From: Dehalococcoidia bacterium
Lineage (GTDB): Bacteria > Chloroflexota > Dehalococcoidia > Lucifugimonadales > UBA3495
Direction of reading: 5' to 3'
NCBI GenBank assembly: GCA_022450395.1
Contig: JAKUQE010000015.1
Span: forward strand, 377 to 64,376
DNA length: 64,000 bases
In this document: positions 38,951 to 49,671 of the stretch, piece by piece
Numbering within the stretch: position 1 is the first letter of the stretch
How the letters are laid out: the number at the start of each line of letters is the position of its first letter
The notes under the pieces: model-generated
What the model saw: the letters and a program-made list of their open reading frames with translations, nothing else
What the model was told of the DNA's origin: nothing
Databases searched by the model: none
Position numbers and translations under genes: made by a program

Positions 38951-40723
38951 TTACAAGCTCATTTCCTCCACCAGAGTGGGTAGCATCACCGCTAGGACCG
39001 CGGGAGTGCCGTTGCGGACGTGCTCCAATCCCCGGCGCATCGCCGGGCCTACGTCCTCGGGCTCGGTGACCGTTTCGCCGTAGCTATTTGCGGATTCGGC
39101 CATCTTGGCGAAGTCCGGCGGTGGATCGAAAAGGCCGCCGTCGTAGTTGCCGGCGCTGACCGCCGACCCATCGGGGTAGGTGCCGATAAGGCCGCGGGTG
39201 CCGGTGCTGTAGGAGCGATTCACGAAGACGATGGAGAGGAAAGGGGCGCCATGGTGCGCCGCGGCCCAAAGGGCGGCCATGGGCGTGCCAAACATGAAAT
39301 AGCCGTCGCCCGTGGCCAGGATAACGTCGCTTTGGGGCCGGGCCAATTTAGCCCCAAAGGCGGCGCCGCTGCCCCAACCGCCGCTGCTGCCGCCGCTTTT
39401 GAAGTAGGTGCTGGGCTGAGTCCGGCCACGGTAGGTCTGAACCAAGGGAGCGCTGCTCAGGGCGTCGTCCAGCAAGATGGTATCCGGCTCCAGGATCTGC
39501 CCGAGTTGGTACGCCACCCAACGGGGGTGGATGGGGCGGCGCTGGCCGGCCTTAAGCGCCGCTTCCTCGGCGGCGGCTACCTGCTCGCGTTTTCGTTCCT
39601 CCAGCCGTGCCCGCCGGTCGGCGATGCGGGAGATGTCGCCGGTGGTTAGCAAGCTGGTAGCTGCTTCGTAGATGGCCTGGGCAGCTCCCACTGTCGAAAC
39701 CGGCAGCCACAGGTCGGCGCGGTGCTCCATGGTCTTGTACCGGGAAAAGACCGGGTCCACGTCCACCCAAATCACTTTGGTGCTGGACTGGGGCGAGTCG
39801 ATGCCAGGGCTGTACGGTATGGGCGACTCCATGACCAGCAAGGCATCGGCATCCTTGGGAGCCGGGCCGGTCCCGAACAGCGGATGGGTCGTGGGAAAGT
39901 TGAGCCGGTCGGTGTGGCCCTCGGCCACCGGCAAGGCCAGCAGTTCCGCCAGCCGCACGACGTGCTCCACCGACTCAGGGTTGCGCCCGGACTTGGCCAG
40001 GCACAACAGCGGATTGTCGGCTTTGATCAGCCACTCCGCGGCCCGGCGGGCGTCGGCGGGGTCGGGCCAGGCCGGGCGCGCCAACCCCATCTCGTCGCGG
40101 GTGGGGAAGCGGGTGACGCCGGGCAGACGCTGCATGGCGGTCTCTCGGGGCACCGTGAGGTAAACCGGGCCCTTGGGTTCACTCATCGCTACCTGAAGCA
40201 AGCGGCTGATCATCATGCCAGGATTATCCTGATGCTCCAGCCGGTGGTCCACCTTGGTGTATTGGCGCACGATCTCGCCCTGGTCCCTGGGCTCCTGTAC
40301 CCACTGGACCGGGCTATCTCTTCCCCCGGTCATGGAGCCGGGAAATCCTCGAGGACCGGTTCCAGCGGTCATGAGCACTGGATAAGAGCCCCGCCAGACG
40401 GTGTGGATGGCGGCGCCGCAGTTCAGAGTTCCCACGTCCACGTGGACGGCAGTGGCCGAGGGTTTTCCCGACACCATGGCGTCGCCCGCGGCGGCGTTAA
40501 GGGCTACACCCTCATGGGTTACCGTAACCAGGCGAGGGGCCGGCCACTCCCGCTCCTTGGCCTTGGCGATAGACTCCTGCCAGAAAGCGATCTCCGAGCC
40601 GGAAACGAAGAACAGGTTGTCCACCCCACCCAGCTTCATGGAGGCTATCATGGCGTCGGACCACTCGTCGGCCCCATATTGGCCCCAGCTTGCCTCGTAG
40701 TTTCCCAGACTTGTTTGAGTCAT
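38951..40723 (-). CDS. Thiamine pyrophosphate-dependent enzyme (benzoylformate decarboxylase/AHAS-like)
   Basis: HE, HVDVGT, GPVYL, GDG...N TPP motif. Confidence 0.88.
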   Translation of the reverse strand: MTQTSLGNYEASWGQYGADEWSDAMIASMKLGGVDNLFFVSGSEIAFWQESIAKAKEREWPAPRLVTVTHEGVALNAAAGDAMVSGKPSATAVHVDVGTLNCGAAIHTVWRGSYPVLMTAGTGPRGFPGSMTGGRDSPVQWVQEPRDQGEIVRQYTKVDHRLEHQDNPGMMISRLLQVAMSEPKGPVYLTVPRETAMQRLPGVTRFPTRDEMGLARPAWPDPADARRAAEWLIKADNPLLCLAKSGRNPESVEHVVRLAELLALPVAEGHTDRLNFPTTHPLFGTGPAPKDADALLVMESPIPYSPGIDSPQSSTKVIWVDVDPVFSRYKTMEHRADLWLPVSTVGAAQAIYEAATSLLTTGDISRIADRRARLEERKREQVAAAEEAALKAGQRRPIHPRWVAYQLGQILEPDTILLDDALSSAPLVQTYRGRTQPSTYFKSGGSSGGWGSGAAFGAKLARPQSDVILATGDGYFMFGTPMAALWAAAHHGAPFLSIVFVNRSYSTGTRGLIGTYPDGSAVSAGNYDGGLFDPPPDFAKMAESANSYGETVTEPEDVGPAMRRGLEHVRNGTPAVLAVMLPTLVEEMSL

Positions 40724-40738
40724 AGGTCCTCCGCTCTC

Positions 40739-41725
40739 TTAAATGTTTACCCGGGCAAGTTGGGCGTCGTTCAGCCGCATACCGGCGGCGGCGCCCGGGG
40801 GCATGATCTTGTCCAGTCGGGCGAGGTCGTCCTTGGTTAGTTGAATGTCGATGGCTTTGACGTTCTCCTCCAAGTGCTTGCGGCTCTTGGCCCCTGGAAT
40901 CGGGATGATGTCGTTGCCTTGAGCCATCAGCCACGCCAGGGCCAATTGGGCCAAGGTGGCGGACTTCTCTTGGGCCAGGGATTCCAATTTGGCTAGGAGT
41001 TGCAGGTTCTGCTGGAAGTTTTCCGGTTGGAAGCGGGGAGAATCCAGCCTGGCGTCGCCCTCCTCGAGTTCATCAAGGGCGCGGAACTGTCCCGCCAAGA
41101 ATCCACGGCCCAGGGGAGAGTAGGCCATGAACCCCATGCCGTGGTCCCGGCAAGCCTGGATGTTGCCACTCTCGGGGTCCCTGGACCAGAGGGAGTATTC
41201 CATCTGTAGGGAGACGATGGGATGAACCTTGTTGGCCCGTTGGATCGACCCCGCGCCGGCTTCCGACAGGGAGATGTAGCGGGTCTTGCCCTGCTCGACC
41301 AGCCGGGCCATGGCTCCCACCGACTCCTCGATGGGCACGTTTGGGTCTACTCTGGACATGCAAAATATGTCCAGGGTCTCGATCTCGAGACGCCGTAGAC
41401 TTTCTTCGCATACGCGGGTGAGGTAATCGGGAGAACTGCCGCTTCGCGAACCAGAGGCATCCGGCGTTCGGGGGCTGCCCGACTTGGTGTGAACGATCAC
41501 ATCTTCCCGCCTACCCTTCAGGGCGCGGGCTATTAGCTCATGATTGTGGCCTTGTCCATAATTGGCTGATGTGTCCAGGAAATTGATGCCCAGGTCGAAG
41601 GCCATGTGCATGGTGGCGATGGACTCGTCGTCGTCCGCTCCTTCTCTGGGCTCGGACATCCGCAAGCAACCCAGGCCCATGGGCGAAACCTGGAAATCGG
41701 TGGTCCCGAAGGTGCGGTACTCCAT
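40739..41725 (-). CDS. Aldo/keto reductase
   Basis: [36 protein letters not shown]. Confidence 0.92.
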   Translation of the reverse strand: MEYRTFGTTDFQVSPMGLGCLRMSEPREGADDDESIATMHMAFDLGINFLDTSANYGQGHNHELIARALKGRREDVIVHTKSGSPRTPDASGSRSGSSPDYLTRVCEESLRRLEIETLDIFCMSRVDPNVPIEESVGAMARLVEQGKTRYISLSEAGAGSIQRANKVHPIVSLQMEYSLWSRDPESGNIQACRDHGMGFMAYSPLGRGFLAGQFRALDELEEGDARLDSPRFQPENFQQNLQLLAKLESLAQEKSATLAQLALAWLMAQGNDIIPIPGAKSRKHLEENVKAIDIQLTKDDLARLDKIMPPGAAAGMRLNDAQLARVNI

Positions 41726-41929
41726 CCAGTTCTCCTCGCTGCTGGGGTTGTGGTTCGACGAGCTCACCACGAACGGGCTATGGTCCTTGGCGATTAGTAG
41801 CTGCTGGGCTTCAGTGTACGACAAGGCCAACCGTCCCACAATTCCCCGTGTCCGCATTCAGCGATTGGGGTAAAATACGGCAGTTGGCCGTCGGTGTACG
41901 AGATACCCGGCCAAGGGAGAGGTGATGCC

Positions 41930-42673
41930 ATGGCCGCTCAGAAGTATCCAAGCTATTGTTGGGGCGTCATTGCCCCGGCCAGAGGCGACGAAACCGGGGA
42001 TGCCAGTCCCCAGTCGGAGTCCTTGTTGCCTCCGGAGGTGGTGACTCTATCCAACGTCTTGGGTATCGAAGACTACACCGTTCAGGGCGTGGAAGACGCC
42101 ATGAGCCGCTATGCCGATTGCGTCCAAGACCTGGTGAGCCGTGGCGCTCAGCGTGTTTCCTTGAACGGCATACCCATCTCGGTCCAGTTGGGACGCCAGC
42201 GGGTGCTGGAGTTGATCGAGGATACCAAGAATACCTTGGGAGTCCCCGGAGACACGGCGGGCGAAGCCGTGGTTGCCGCCATGCATCACATGGGAGTTAG
42301 CAAGATCGCTGTGGGCAGCCGCTGGGCCGATCAAGTAAATGAAGCCCTCATACGCTATCTGGACCATGCCGGAATCGAGGTGTTGACCGTTACCAGCAGA
42401 GGCCAGTGGGCCCAGCAGGCGTTCAGCATGAGCATTGAGATGGGGGTCAAGCTGGCGTTTGAGCTGGGCCGTGAGGCCATGAGGCAAGCGCCACAAGCCG
42501 ACGCTCTGTTCCTGCCAGGTGGCGCTTGGCGGCCCCTGCCGGCGGTACCCATCCTGGAGGAGGATTACGGCAAGCCGGTGTTCACCAACGGAAACACCCG
42601 GGCCTGGCGTCTGATCCATGACGGCATCGCCCCGCCGGTTTCCGGTTGGGGCCGGCTTCTGGCGAACCCGTAA
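41930..42673 (+). CDS. Maleate isomerase/arylmalonate decarboxylase (Asp/Glu racemase) superfamily protein lacking canonical Cys
   Basis: AVVAAMHHMGVSKIAV, ADALFL, LEEDYGKPVFT; Gly at both Cys positions. Confidence 0.75.
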   Translation: MAAQKYPSYCWGVIAPARGDETGDASPQSESLLPPEVVTLSNVLGIEDYTVQGVEDAMSRYADCVQDLVSRGAQRVSLNGIPISVQLGRQRVLELIEDTKNTLGVPGDTAGEAVVAAMHHMGVSKIAVGSRWADQVNEALIRYLDHAGIEVLTVTSRGQWAQQAFSMSIEMGVKLAFELGREAMRQAPQADALFLPGGAWRPLPAVPILEEDYGKPVFTNGNTRAWRLIHDGIAPPVSGWGRLLANP

Positions 42674-42741
42674 GCCCTCACCCCGACCCGATTCCAGAGG
42701 CACCCCTCTCCCCCGGGGAGAGGGGACGGGGGGTGAGGGCC
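42674..42741. repeat. REP-like palindrome family C
   Basis: GCCCTCACCCC...CCCCTCTCCCCCGGGGAGAGGGG...GGGGTGAGGGC. Confidence 0.75.
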
Positions 42742-42772
42742 GTACCTAATCTTGGACAGGAAGGAAAGTACG

Positions 42773-43795
42773 ATGGCAGTGATTGACTCCGATGCCCACG
42801 TGGTGGAAACGGAACGCACCTGGGAGTTCATGGAGGACTTTGAATCCTCCTTCAAGCCCGAGGTGGTGGTCCCCAAGGCCGGGGGAGACCGGGAATACTG
42901 GATGGTGGAGGGCAGGACCTTCGCCAAGAACAGCAACATCGGCAAGGATACCCCGGACGAGGCCCGGGAGATGTCCGATATAGACTCCCGGCTCGCCCAC
43001 ATGGATGAGTTGGGTGTTGACGTACACGTGCTGTACCCAACCATCTTCCTCAGGCCGCTCACCCGCCGGCCCGATGCCGAGGTGGCCTTGTGCAAGAGCT
43101 ATAACCGGTGGCTGGCAGACATCTGGCGAAAGGGCGGCGGCAGGTTGCGTTGGGTCGTGCTCCCGCCGGTTATGAGCCTGGATAAAGCCATCGAGGAACT
43201 CAACTTCGGTAAGGAGAACGGCGCCTGCGGTGTCTACATGCGTTCCGCGGACGGGGACCGGCGGCTATCGGATTCCTACTACGCTCCTATGTATCAAGAG
43301 GCTGCCAAGCTGGATCTGCCCATCTGCGTCCACGCCAGCACCGGAAATTTCGGCATGTACGACCTGTTCAGTCAGGACTCCGGGTTCGCCCAGTTCAAAC
43401 TTCCCGTGGTCGGAGCATTCCACGATCTGCTGATGAAAGGGACGCCGGCGAAATACCCCGATCTGCGATGGGCGTTCATCGAAGTGAGTTCCCAGTGGAT
43501 ACCCTATGCGCTCAATGATCTGGAACTGAGGTTCCGCAGGATCGGCAAAGAGTGGCTGGGCAAGGACACCCTCCGGGAAAACCGGATGTACGTGGCCTGC
43601 CAGACTTCCGATGACATCGCCTACGTGGTGGACAGCGTGGGAGACGAGAACATCATCATCGGCACCGATTACGGGCACAACGACACGTCTTCGGAGCTGA
43701 TCGCTTTACGCAAGCTCAGAGAGGACGGCAAGATCGACCCGGCCACGGTGGACAAGTTTTTGGACCGCAACGCCAAGACGCTGTACGCGTTGTAG
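42773..43795 (+). CDS. Amidohydrolase_2 family protein
   Basis: IDSDAHV, YNRWLAD, ICVH, GTDYGH.D. Confidence 0.88.
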   Translation: MAVIDSDAHVVETERTWEFMEDFESSFKPEVVVPKAGGDREYWMVEGRTFAKNSNIGKDTPDEAREMSDIDSRLAHMDELGVDVHVLYPTIFLRPLTRRPDAEVALCKSYNRWLADIWRKGGGRLRWVVLPPVMSLDKAIEELNFGKENGACGVYMRSADGDRRLSDSYYAPMYQEAAKLDLPICVHASTGNFGMYDLFSQDSGFAQFKLPVVGAFHDLLMKGTPAKYPDLRWAFIEVSSQWIPYALNDLELRFRRIGKEWLGKDTLRENRMYVACQTSDDIAYVVDSVGDENIIIGTDYGHNDTSSELIALRKLREDGKIDPATVDKFLDRNAKTLYAL

Positions 43796-43825
43796 CCTCA
43801 GCCAGTCGTCGAAAAGATGTCCCGG

Positions 43826-45034
43826 CTAGACACGGGTCATCATGGCCCGGGAAGGCATGGAGTTGCGCCAGGTTTTGACTTCCGGCGTGGGTATGGAGTT
43901 GAGCAGAGCTTGGTCCGGTCCCTCCAGTTCGAAGGGAAGGTCATAAAGCTCCACCACGTTTTTCACCGTCAACTCATAGCGCTCTTCCGGCGTGCAGTCG
44001 GACAGAATCTCGCTCAGCACCTGTTGGGAATGGGGGAAGATCGAGTCGCCGTGGGGATAGTCGCTGCCCCACATCATGGTGCTGGTGCCGATGAAATCTC
44101 TGGTCATGATTCCCAAGGGGTCGTCCTCGAAGGTTACCCGGAAGTTGCGCTTCCAATATTCGCTGGGCATCATGGGCAGGCCGAAGACCTTTTCCCCGCC
44201 GCCTCTGATGTAGGCCCAGTCCAAGCGCTTCAGCATTATCGCCACCCAACCGGTCTCGAACTCGGTCACGACGAACCGCAGGCCCGGGAACCGTTCGCAT
44301 ACGCCTGACTGGATGATGTCGGCGATGGTGAACATGACGCCGGCGAAGGACAGGGCGCTGCCCGCTTGGCGGAAGGGCAGACCGTGGTTGTCGGTTGCGC
44401 CGGTGAATATATGCCAGTGCATCGGCATACTCATGGCCTGGGCCGCCTCCCAGAACTTGTCGTAGAACGGGTCGGAGTACAGCCGGTCCGGGGGTGCGGT
44501 GGCCGCTATCGAGACGCCCACGTGACTCAGTTTCTTGGATCGTTCCATCTCCTTGATGGCTTCGTCAAGGTCCAAAAGCTGCAGGCTGGCCAAGGGAAAT
44601 AGCCGGTCTGGGGCCTGCTTGCAGTAGTCGCCCACCCAGTCGTTGTACAGCGAGAAAGCCGCTTTCACTATGTCCAGATTCTCGATCTGATAAAGGTTGA
44701 AGATCACGCTGGGGTAAACGATCTCGGCGGCAAGGCCGTCCATTTCCTGGTCTTTGAGTCGCTCCGCCACGTCGTAGCAACCCGGTCGTGCCAGCGCGTA
44801 GCCTAGCTTGCGCATCTCCATGGCTTCCGGCGTGGTGAAGTCCACGTTCTGCATGAAAAAGCCGGATAGGCCGATGCCCAACTTCCCGTTGCGCAGGTCT
44901 AGTTGGGGACCCCGGGCCGCGTCCGCGATCACCATGCGGGGAGCGTCTTCGCCGAAAAGCTTCTCCAGTGGCTCGAAGAACTCGGCCGACTCAACAACAT
45001 GAGAATCCGCTGAGATACAAAGCTTTTGGCCCAT
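43826..45034 (-). CDS. Amidohydrolase_2 family protein
   Basis: SADSHV, YNDW, HWH, MWGSDYPH.D. Confidence 0.88.
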   Translation of the reverse strand: MGQKLCISADSHVVESAEFFEPLEKLFGEDAPRMVIADAARGPQLDLRNGKLGIGLSGFFMQNVDFTTPEAMEMRKLGYALARPGCYDVAERLKDQEMDGLAAEIVYPSVIFNLYQIENLDIVKAAFSLYNDWVGDYCKQAPDRLFPLASLQLLDLDEAIKEMERSKKLSHVGVSIAATAPPDRLYSDPFYDKFWEAAQAMSMPMHWHIFTGATDNHGLPFRQAGSALSFAGVMFTIADIIQSGVCERFPGLRFVVTEFETGWVAIMLKRLDWAYIRGGGEKVFGLPMMPSEYWKRNFRVTFEDDPLGIMTRDFIGTSTMMWGSDYPHGDSIFPHSQQVLSEILSDCTPEERYELTVKNVVELYDLPFELEGPDQALLNSIPTPEVKTWRNSMPSRAMMTRV

Positions 45035-45058
45035 GTGTACATTACTCCTTGTGATTCG

Positions 45059-45109
45059 GCCCTCACCCCCGTCCCCTCTCCCGGCGGGAGAGGGGACGGG
45101 GGTGAGGGG
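45059..45109. repeat. REP-like palindrome family C
   Basis: CCCTCACCCCCGTCCCCTCTCCCG...CGGGAGAGGGGACGGGGGTGAGGG, a near-perfect hairpin. Confidence 0.8.
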
Positions 45110-45252
45110 GCTCTGCCCTAAATTACCGGTGCGATTATATCACCAAGGCGCATCGGGGGCTCTTCAATATTATGCATAGCCGGAAGTAGACAAGCCGTCT
45201 GACGCGACGTACCATTTCCGCGTTACTGAGGCGATCCGGGGAGAAGAGAGCG

Positions 45253-46017
45253 ATGGATAGGCTTAAAGACCAGGTGTTGATCGTTACTGGAGGAGCCCAC
45301 GGCATCGGCCGAGCCTACTGTGAGGGGCTGGCTGCGGAAGGCGCCCGTATTGTGGTGGCCGATATCGACGGCAATGGAGCCGATGCGGTGGCAGCGGCCC
45401 TGGGTGAAGCCGGTCACGACGCGCTGGCCGTGGCTGCCGACGTGTCTCAACCCGAGTCCACGGAGAATATGGCGCGGGCGGCGATGGAGCGGTTCGGCCG
45501 CATCGACGGCCTGGTGAACAACGCCGCGATCTACCAGCGCCCCGCCGTGACCCGAGGACCCTTCGAGGAGATTCCCCTCGATGAATGGGACCGGCTCATG
45601 GCGGTGAACCTTCGTGGGGTTTTCTTGTCCTGCCGGGCGGTCGTCCCTCATATGAAAGAACAGGGTAGCGGCAAGATCGTCAACATCAGCTCAGGAACGG
45701 TTTTCAACGGCTCGGCCCAGATGCTCCACTACGTTACGTCCAAAGCCGGCGTGATCGGTCTTACGAGGGCTTTGGCTAGGGAGCTGGGAGACTATAACAT
45801 CAACGTGAACGCGGTGGCCCCCGGGCTCACCGTTAGCATGGATGAGCACGACGAGGAAAAAGAGATACGGTTCCAGACCCGGATGCAGGCCAGGTCCCTA
45901 AAACGCCTTGAGACTCCCCAAGACTTGGTCGGAGCGGTCTTGTTTCTGTGCTCTTCCGACAGCGACTTTATGACGGGGCAAACCATGGTCGTGGACGGCG
46001 GAGCGCAGATGCACTAA
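45253..46017 (+). CDS. Short-chain dehydrogenase/reductase
   Basis: TGGAHGIG, NNAA, YVTSK, VDGG. Confidence 0.93.
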   Translation: MDRLKDQVLIVTGGAHGIGRAYCEGLAAEGARIVVADIDGNGADAVAAALGEAGHDALAVAADVSQPESTENMARAAMERFGRIDGLVNNAAIYQRPAVTRGPFEEIPLDEWDRLMAVNLRGVFLSCRAVVPHMKEQGSGKIVNISSGTVFNGSAQMLHYVTSKAGVIGLTRALARELGDYNINVNAVAPGLTVSMDEHDEEKEIRFQTRMQARSLKRLETPQDLVGAVLFLCSSDSDFMTGQTMVVDGGAQMH

Positions 46018-46043
46018 CCTTTGGCTCTGGAGTTGTTGAGAAT

Positions 46044-47105
46044 ATGGAATTCGGCCTGCAGTTTTTCCCCGACGTGTCTCCTGAAGAGAAGTCCGCGCAA
46101 CAGTATTGGAACGAGTCTCTGGATCTCACCAGTCTATGCGACGATTTGGGATACACCCATGTCCGCACGGTGGAGCATTATTTTGAGCCTTACGGCGGCT
46201 ACAGTCCGGCGCCCCACATATTTCTAACCGCGGCGTCCCAACGCACCAGCAAGGCCAGGTTGATCACCGGGGCGCTGGTGCCGGCGTTCAACCATCCCCT
46301 CAAAGTGGCCGGGGAGATCGGCATGCTGGACGCTATCTCCAACGGCCGGTTGGACTGCGGGTTCGCCAGGGCCTTCCTGCCCCACGAGTTCCAAAGGCTG
46401 GAACGTTCGATGGACGAAAGCCGGGCACGGTTCGACGAAGGTGTGGCAGCTATCCGCCTGCTTCTGGAGGAGGAAAACGTTACTTTTGAAGGACAGTTTC
46501 ACCGCTTCAAAAACGTCACGTCCCTCCCTCGCCCCACCCAAAAGCCCCGGCCACCCTTCTGGGTAGCGGCCTTGGGAACCCCCCAATCGATACTGGCCGC
46601 GGCGTCAAATGGCTTCAATCTTATGCTTGTTCCCTTCGCCGGACCGCAAACCCGGGAAATAACCAGCATGTACCGGGATGCCTGGAAAGAAGCGGGGCAC
46701 GAAGGCCAAGGAAAGATAGCGCTGGGCTTTCATATGTTTTGCCACCAAGACCGCGAGGAGGCCCGCCGCATCGCCGAGCCCAATCTGAACCGATACCTGC
46801 GGTCGCTGGCCGCGGCGTCGGAGAAGGACGCGGGTTGGGGGGCAGGCGCTTCTTCCAAGGACTATCCCGGCTACGAAGCAAGCTACGAGCGGCGGCAAAC
46901 GGCGACCTTCCAATCGATGGTAGATGCCGGCACGGTTTGGGTGGGCACTCCGGATGATATTAGCCAGCAAATAGCCGGGTACCGGGACCAACTGGATGGC
47001 TTCGATATCGCCTCGTTGCAGGTGAACTTTAACCAGATAACCTACGATGAGGCCCAGGCGTCGGCGACCCTTTTCGCGCGGGAAGTTATCCCCAACTTCC
47101 AGTAA
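46044..47105 (+). CDS. LLM-class flavin-dependent monooxygenase
   Basis: VEHYF, LDAISNGRL, PRPTQKPRPP. Confidence 0.9.
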   Translation: MEFGLQFFPDVSPEEKSAQQYWNESLDLTSLCDDLGYTHVRTVEHYFEPYGGYSPAPHIFLTAASQRTSKARLITGALVPAFNHPLKVAGEIGMLDAISNGRLDCGFARAFLPHEFQRLERSMDESRARFDEGVAAIRLLLEEENVTFEGQFHRFKNVTSLPRPTQKPRPPFWVAALGTPQSILAAASNGFNLMLVPFAGPQTREITSMYRDAWKEAGHEGQGKIALGFHMFCHQDREEARRIAEPNLNRYLRSLAAASEKDAGWGAGASSKDYPGYEASYERRQTATFQSMVDAGTVWVGTPDDISQQIAGYRDQLDGFDIASLQVNFNQITYDEAQASATLFAREVIPNFQ

Positions 47106-47658
47106 TAAGCCGCGCCCGGCCCGTCAATATCTCCAAGCCCTGGGTGATTTTCCGGCCAGTATCGAGTTTCCCCTGACCTCACCGGAATACACTACCGGTC
47201 CGTCTCCGGCGATTCCCCTGCCCGAAATAGGGTTTACCCCTATATTCTGCCCGATCTTCCCTTTGGGGTGATGGGTGTACCTCCTCTTAAGCAAATCCTC
47301 CACCGCTGGTATCTTGCTATAAACGCTAGGCGCGGCGGTAACCTTCGCCGCCGGTTACCCGTGCCGGCAGGGAAGTCTTCCTCGATATTGGAGAGAGATT
47401 CCGTGGATATGGCCGCGCTTAAACGCTCTATGTAAAATTCGCGGTTTTAGTATGGCTGTGGCAGCGTCCTATGCCGGGCAATGGCTTCGGCCTGAAATGA
47501 ATTCCAAGCCGGTGACTGATCGATCGTTCTGGAGAACGACGGGAAAGGGAGCAATAATTGACCGGTCTGAACAACATTGCCGGATGTTATTCCGTTCTCG
47601 ATGGGGTTAAAGCCGTTTCTACGCAGATAGGCCGAAAGATTGGAAAGGCGCGCGAACG

Positions 47659-49671
47659 ATGACGCTGGCATTGACGCTGGACAAACCCATGGAACGGGTC
47701 AGACGGGCGTTGGGTATCTCCTCAATCTTGACGCTCACTCTGGTCTTCTTGATCGCCGTGTTGATGGCCTCGATCACCATGTACGACATACGGCGCGAGC
47801 GCACATCCTTCTATGACAACCTGGAGAAAAGAGGCGATTTCTTAGGTAACGGTCTGACCGAGGTGTTTGCGGATCACCTTTATCACGCCAGAGTCCGCGA
47901 GTTGCAAAGTGCGGCCGACCGAGTTATGGCCAGCCTGCCGGATATCCAGGCCATCCGGATATTCAGAACAGACGGCAGTGTATTAGTGGACCGGCAAGGG
48001 CACGCGGGCAATTCGGCCTACGTCGTTGGAACCGCTAAAGGACCGGTGATCTCGGACACCGTGGATACCGAGAAATTCGCGCACAGTTACACCAGAGATA
48101 GTCTGCTAGTCACCAGCCCCCTAGAGATAAACGGCGAGGTCATCGGCACCGTTCAGTTTGCCTTCGACCAAGTGCCCTTAAACGCGGAGATCACCAAGAT
48201 ACTTTTGGAGCGGGCCTGGCAGAGTTCGGCGCTTATCGCCTTGGGCATCGCCCTGGCCTACTTGATCTCACGTGAGGTGACTCAGCCTCTTAAGACCTTG
48301 GCGGCTTCCGCCGAGAGAATCGGAAACGGCGATCTGGAGGAACCCGTTCCAGCCCAGGGCGCGAAAGAGACCAAAGTGCTGGCCAACGCATTGGAGCGGA
48401 TGAGAGTGGAGCTAAGGGAGCTTTATGGCGGACTAGAGATCAAGGTGGCGGAAAGGACCCAGGAAATTTCCAACATCAACCAAGATCTACAAAGAGAGAT
48501 CGAGGTGCGCAAACTGGCTGAGGGAGCGCTTCGCGACAGCGAAAGCAGGCTGCAATCCATGATCGATTCCGCCGCTGCGGGAATCATCACCATCGATGAT
48601 GAGGGCATCGTCGAGTCCGTTAATTCGGCAGCGGAGAAACTGTTCGGCTATCACCCGGACGAAATCGTCGGGCAGTCGGTTTCGCTTCTGATGCCGGCAC
48701 CCTATCAAGATGCGCACGACGGATATCTGGCAAGCTACAGGGGATCCGGCAGATCCGAGATCGTCGGTACCAATCGTGAATTGCAAGCCCAACGCAGGGA
48801 TGGGACGGTTTTCCCCATCGAGCTGGCGGTGAGTGAATCATGGTCGGGTGGCCGTAGGACCTTCATCGGGATCATCACCGATGAGACGGAACGTAAGCGA
48901 GCCGAAGATGAGCGGGCGCGTCATGCCCTGGCTCTTGAAGCGGCCAACAAAGAGTTGGAAGCGTTCAGCTACTCGGTGTCGCACGACCTACGGGCCCCGT
49001 TGCGGTCTATCAACGGTTTCAGCCAGGCTTTGCTGGACGACTGTGCCGATGAGTTGAGCGAATCCGGGCAGGACTACCTACACCGGGTAAGGGCTTCCAG
49101 CGAGCACATGGCTGAGCTGATCGACGATCTACTCCAGTTGTCGCGCATCACCCGGTCGGAGATGAAGTGGGAACAGGTTGACCTCTCCGCGATCGCCGGG
49201 TCCATCGCCGCGGAGGTCCAAAGGTCCCAACCCGAACGCCAGGTGCGGTTCGATATAGCCGAGGGCCTGGCGGACCAAGGGGATGGAAGGTTGTTGGCGG
49301 TGGTCTTGGAGAACCTGCTGAGTAATTCTTGGAAATTTACCGCCAAGCAACCTGGGGCGCATATTGAGTTTGGCGCGGAACGGTTTGACGGTGTGCCGGC
49401 TTATTTCGTTCGGGACAACGGAGCTGGATTCGACATGGCCTATTCAGGAAAGTTGTTCGAGGCGTTCCAACGGCTACATCCGACATCCGAGTTCGAAGGC
49501 ACGGGGGTGGGCCTCGCCATCGTGCAGCGGGTTATCCACAGACATGGCGGCAATGTGTGGGCGGAAAGCGCTGTAGGTCAAGGCGCGACATTTTATTTCA
49601 CACTTAAAACAGGGGAGGAGAATGGAAGTGGAGGGAAAATTAATCCTGTTGGTGGAAGACAATCCGGATGA
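47659..49671 (+). CDS. Membrane sensor histidine kinase (HAMP, PAS, HisKA, HATPase)
   Basis: Two TM segments, FixL-like PAS, FSYSVSHDLRAPL, NLLSNSWKF, DNGAGF, GTGVGL. Confidence 0.93.
   Translation: MTLALTLDKPMERVRRALGISSILTLTLVFLIAVLMASITMYDIRRERTSFYDNLEKRGDFLGNGLTEVFADHLYHARVRELQSAADRVMASLPDIQAIRIFRTDGSVLVDRQGHAGNSAYVVGTAKGPVISDTVDTEKFAHSYTRDSLLVTSPLEINGEVIGTVQFAFDQVPLNAEITKILLERAWQSSALIALGIALAYLISREVTQPLKTLAASAERIGNGDLEEPVPAQGAKETKVLANALERMRVELRELYGGLEIKVAERTQEISNINQDLQREIEVRKLAEGALRDSESRLQSMIDSAAAGIITIDDEGIVESVNSAAEKLFGYHPDEIVGQSVSLLMPAPYQDAHDGYLASYRGSGRSEIVGTNRELQAQRRDGTVFPIELAVSESWSGGRRTFIGIITDETERKRAEDERARHALALEAANKELEAFSYSVSHDLRAPLRSINGFSQALLDDCADELSESGQDYLHRVRASSEHMAELIDDLLQLSRITRSEMKWEQVDLSAIAGSIAAEVQRSQPERQVRFDIAEGLADQGDGRLLAVVLENLLSNSWKFTAKQPGAHIEFGAERFDGVPAYFVRDNGAGFDMAYSGKLFEAFQRLHPTSEFEGTGVGLAIVQRVIHRHGGNVWAESAVGQGATFYFTLKTGEENGSGGKINPVGGRQSG

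Noticed and set aside
39722..40840. Long antisense/overlapping ORFs (e.g. 39722-40840, 52744-53694, 60123-61013, 3113-3889)
   Set aside because: Shadow frames of well-supported genes in GC-rich DNA, with no motifs.
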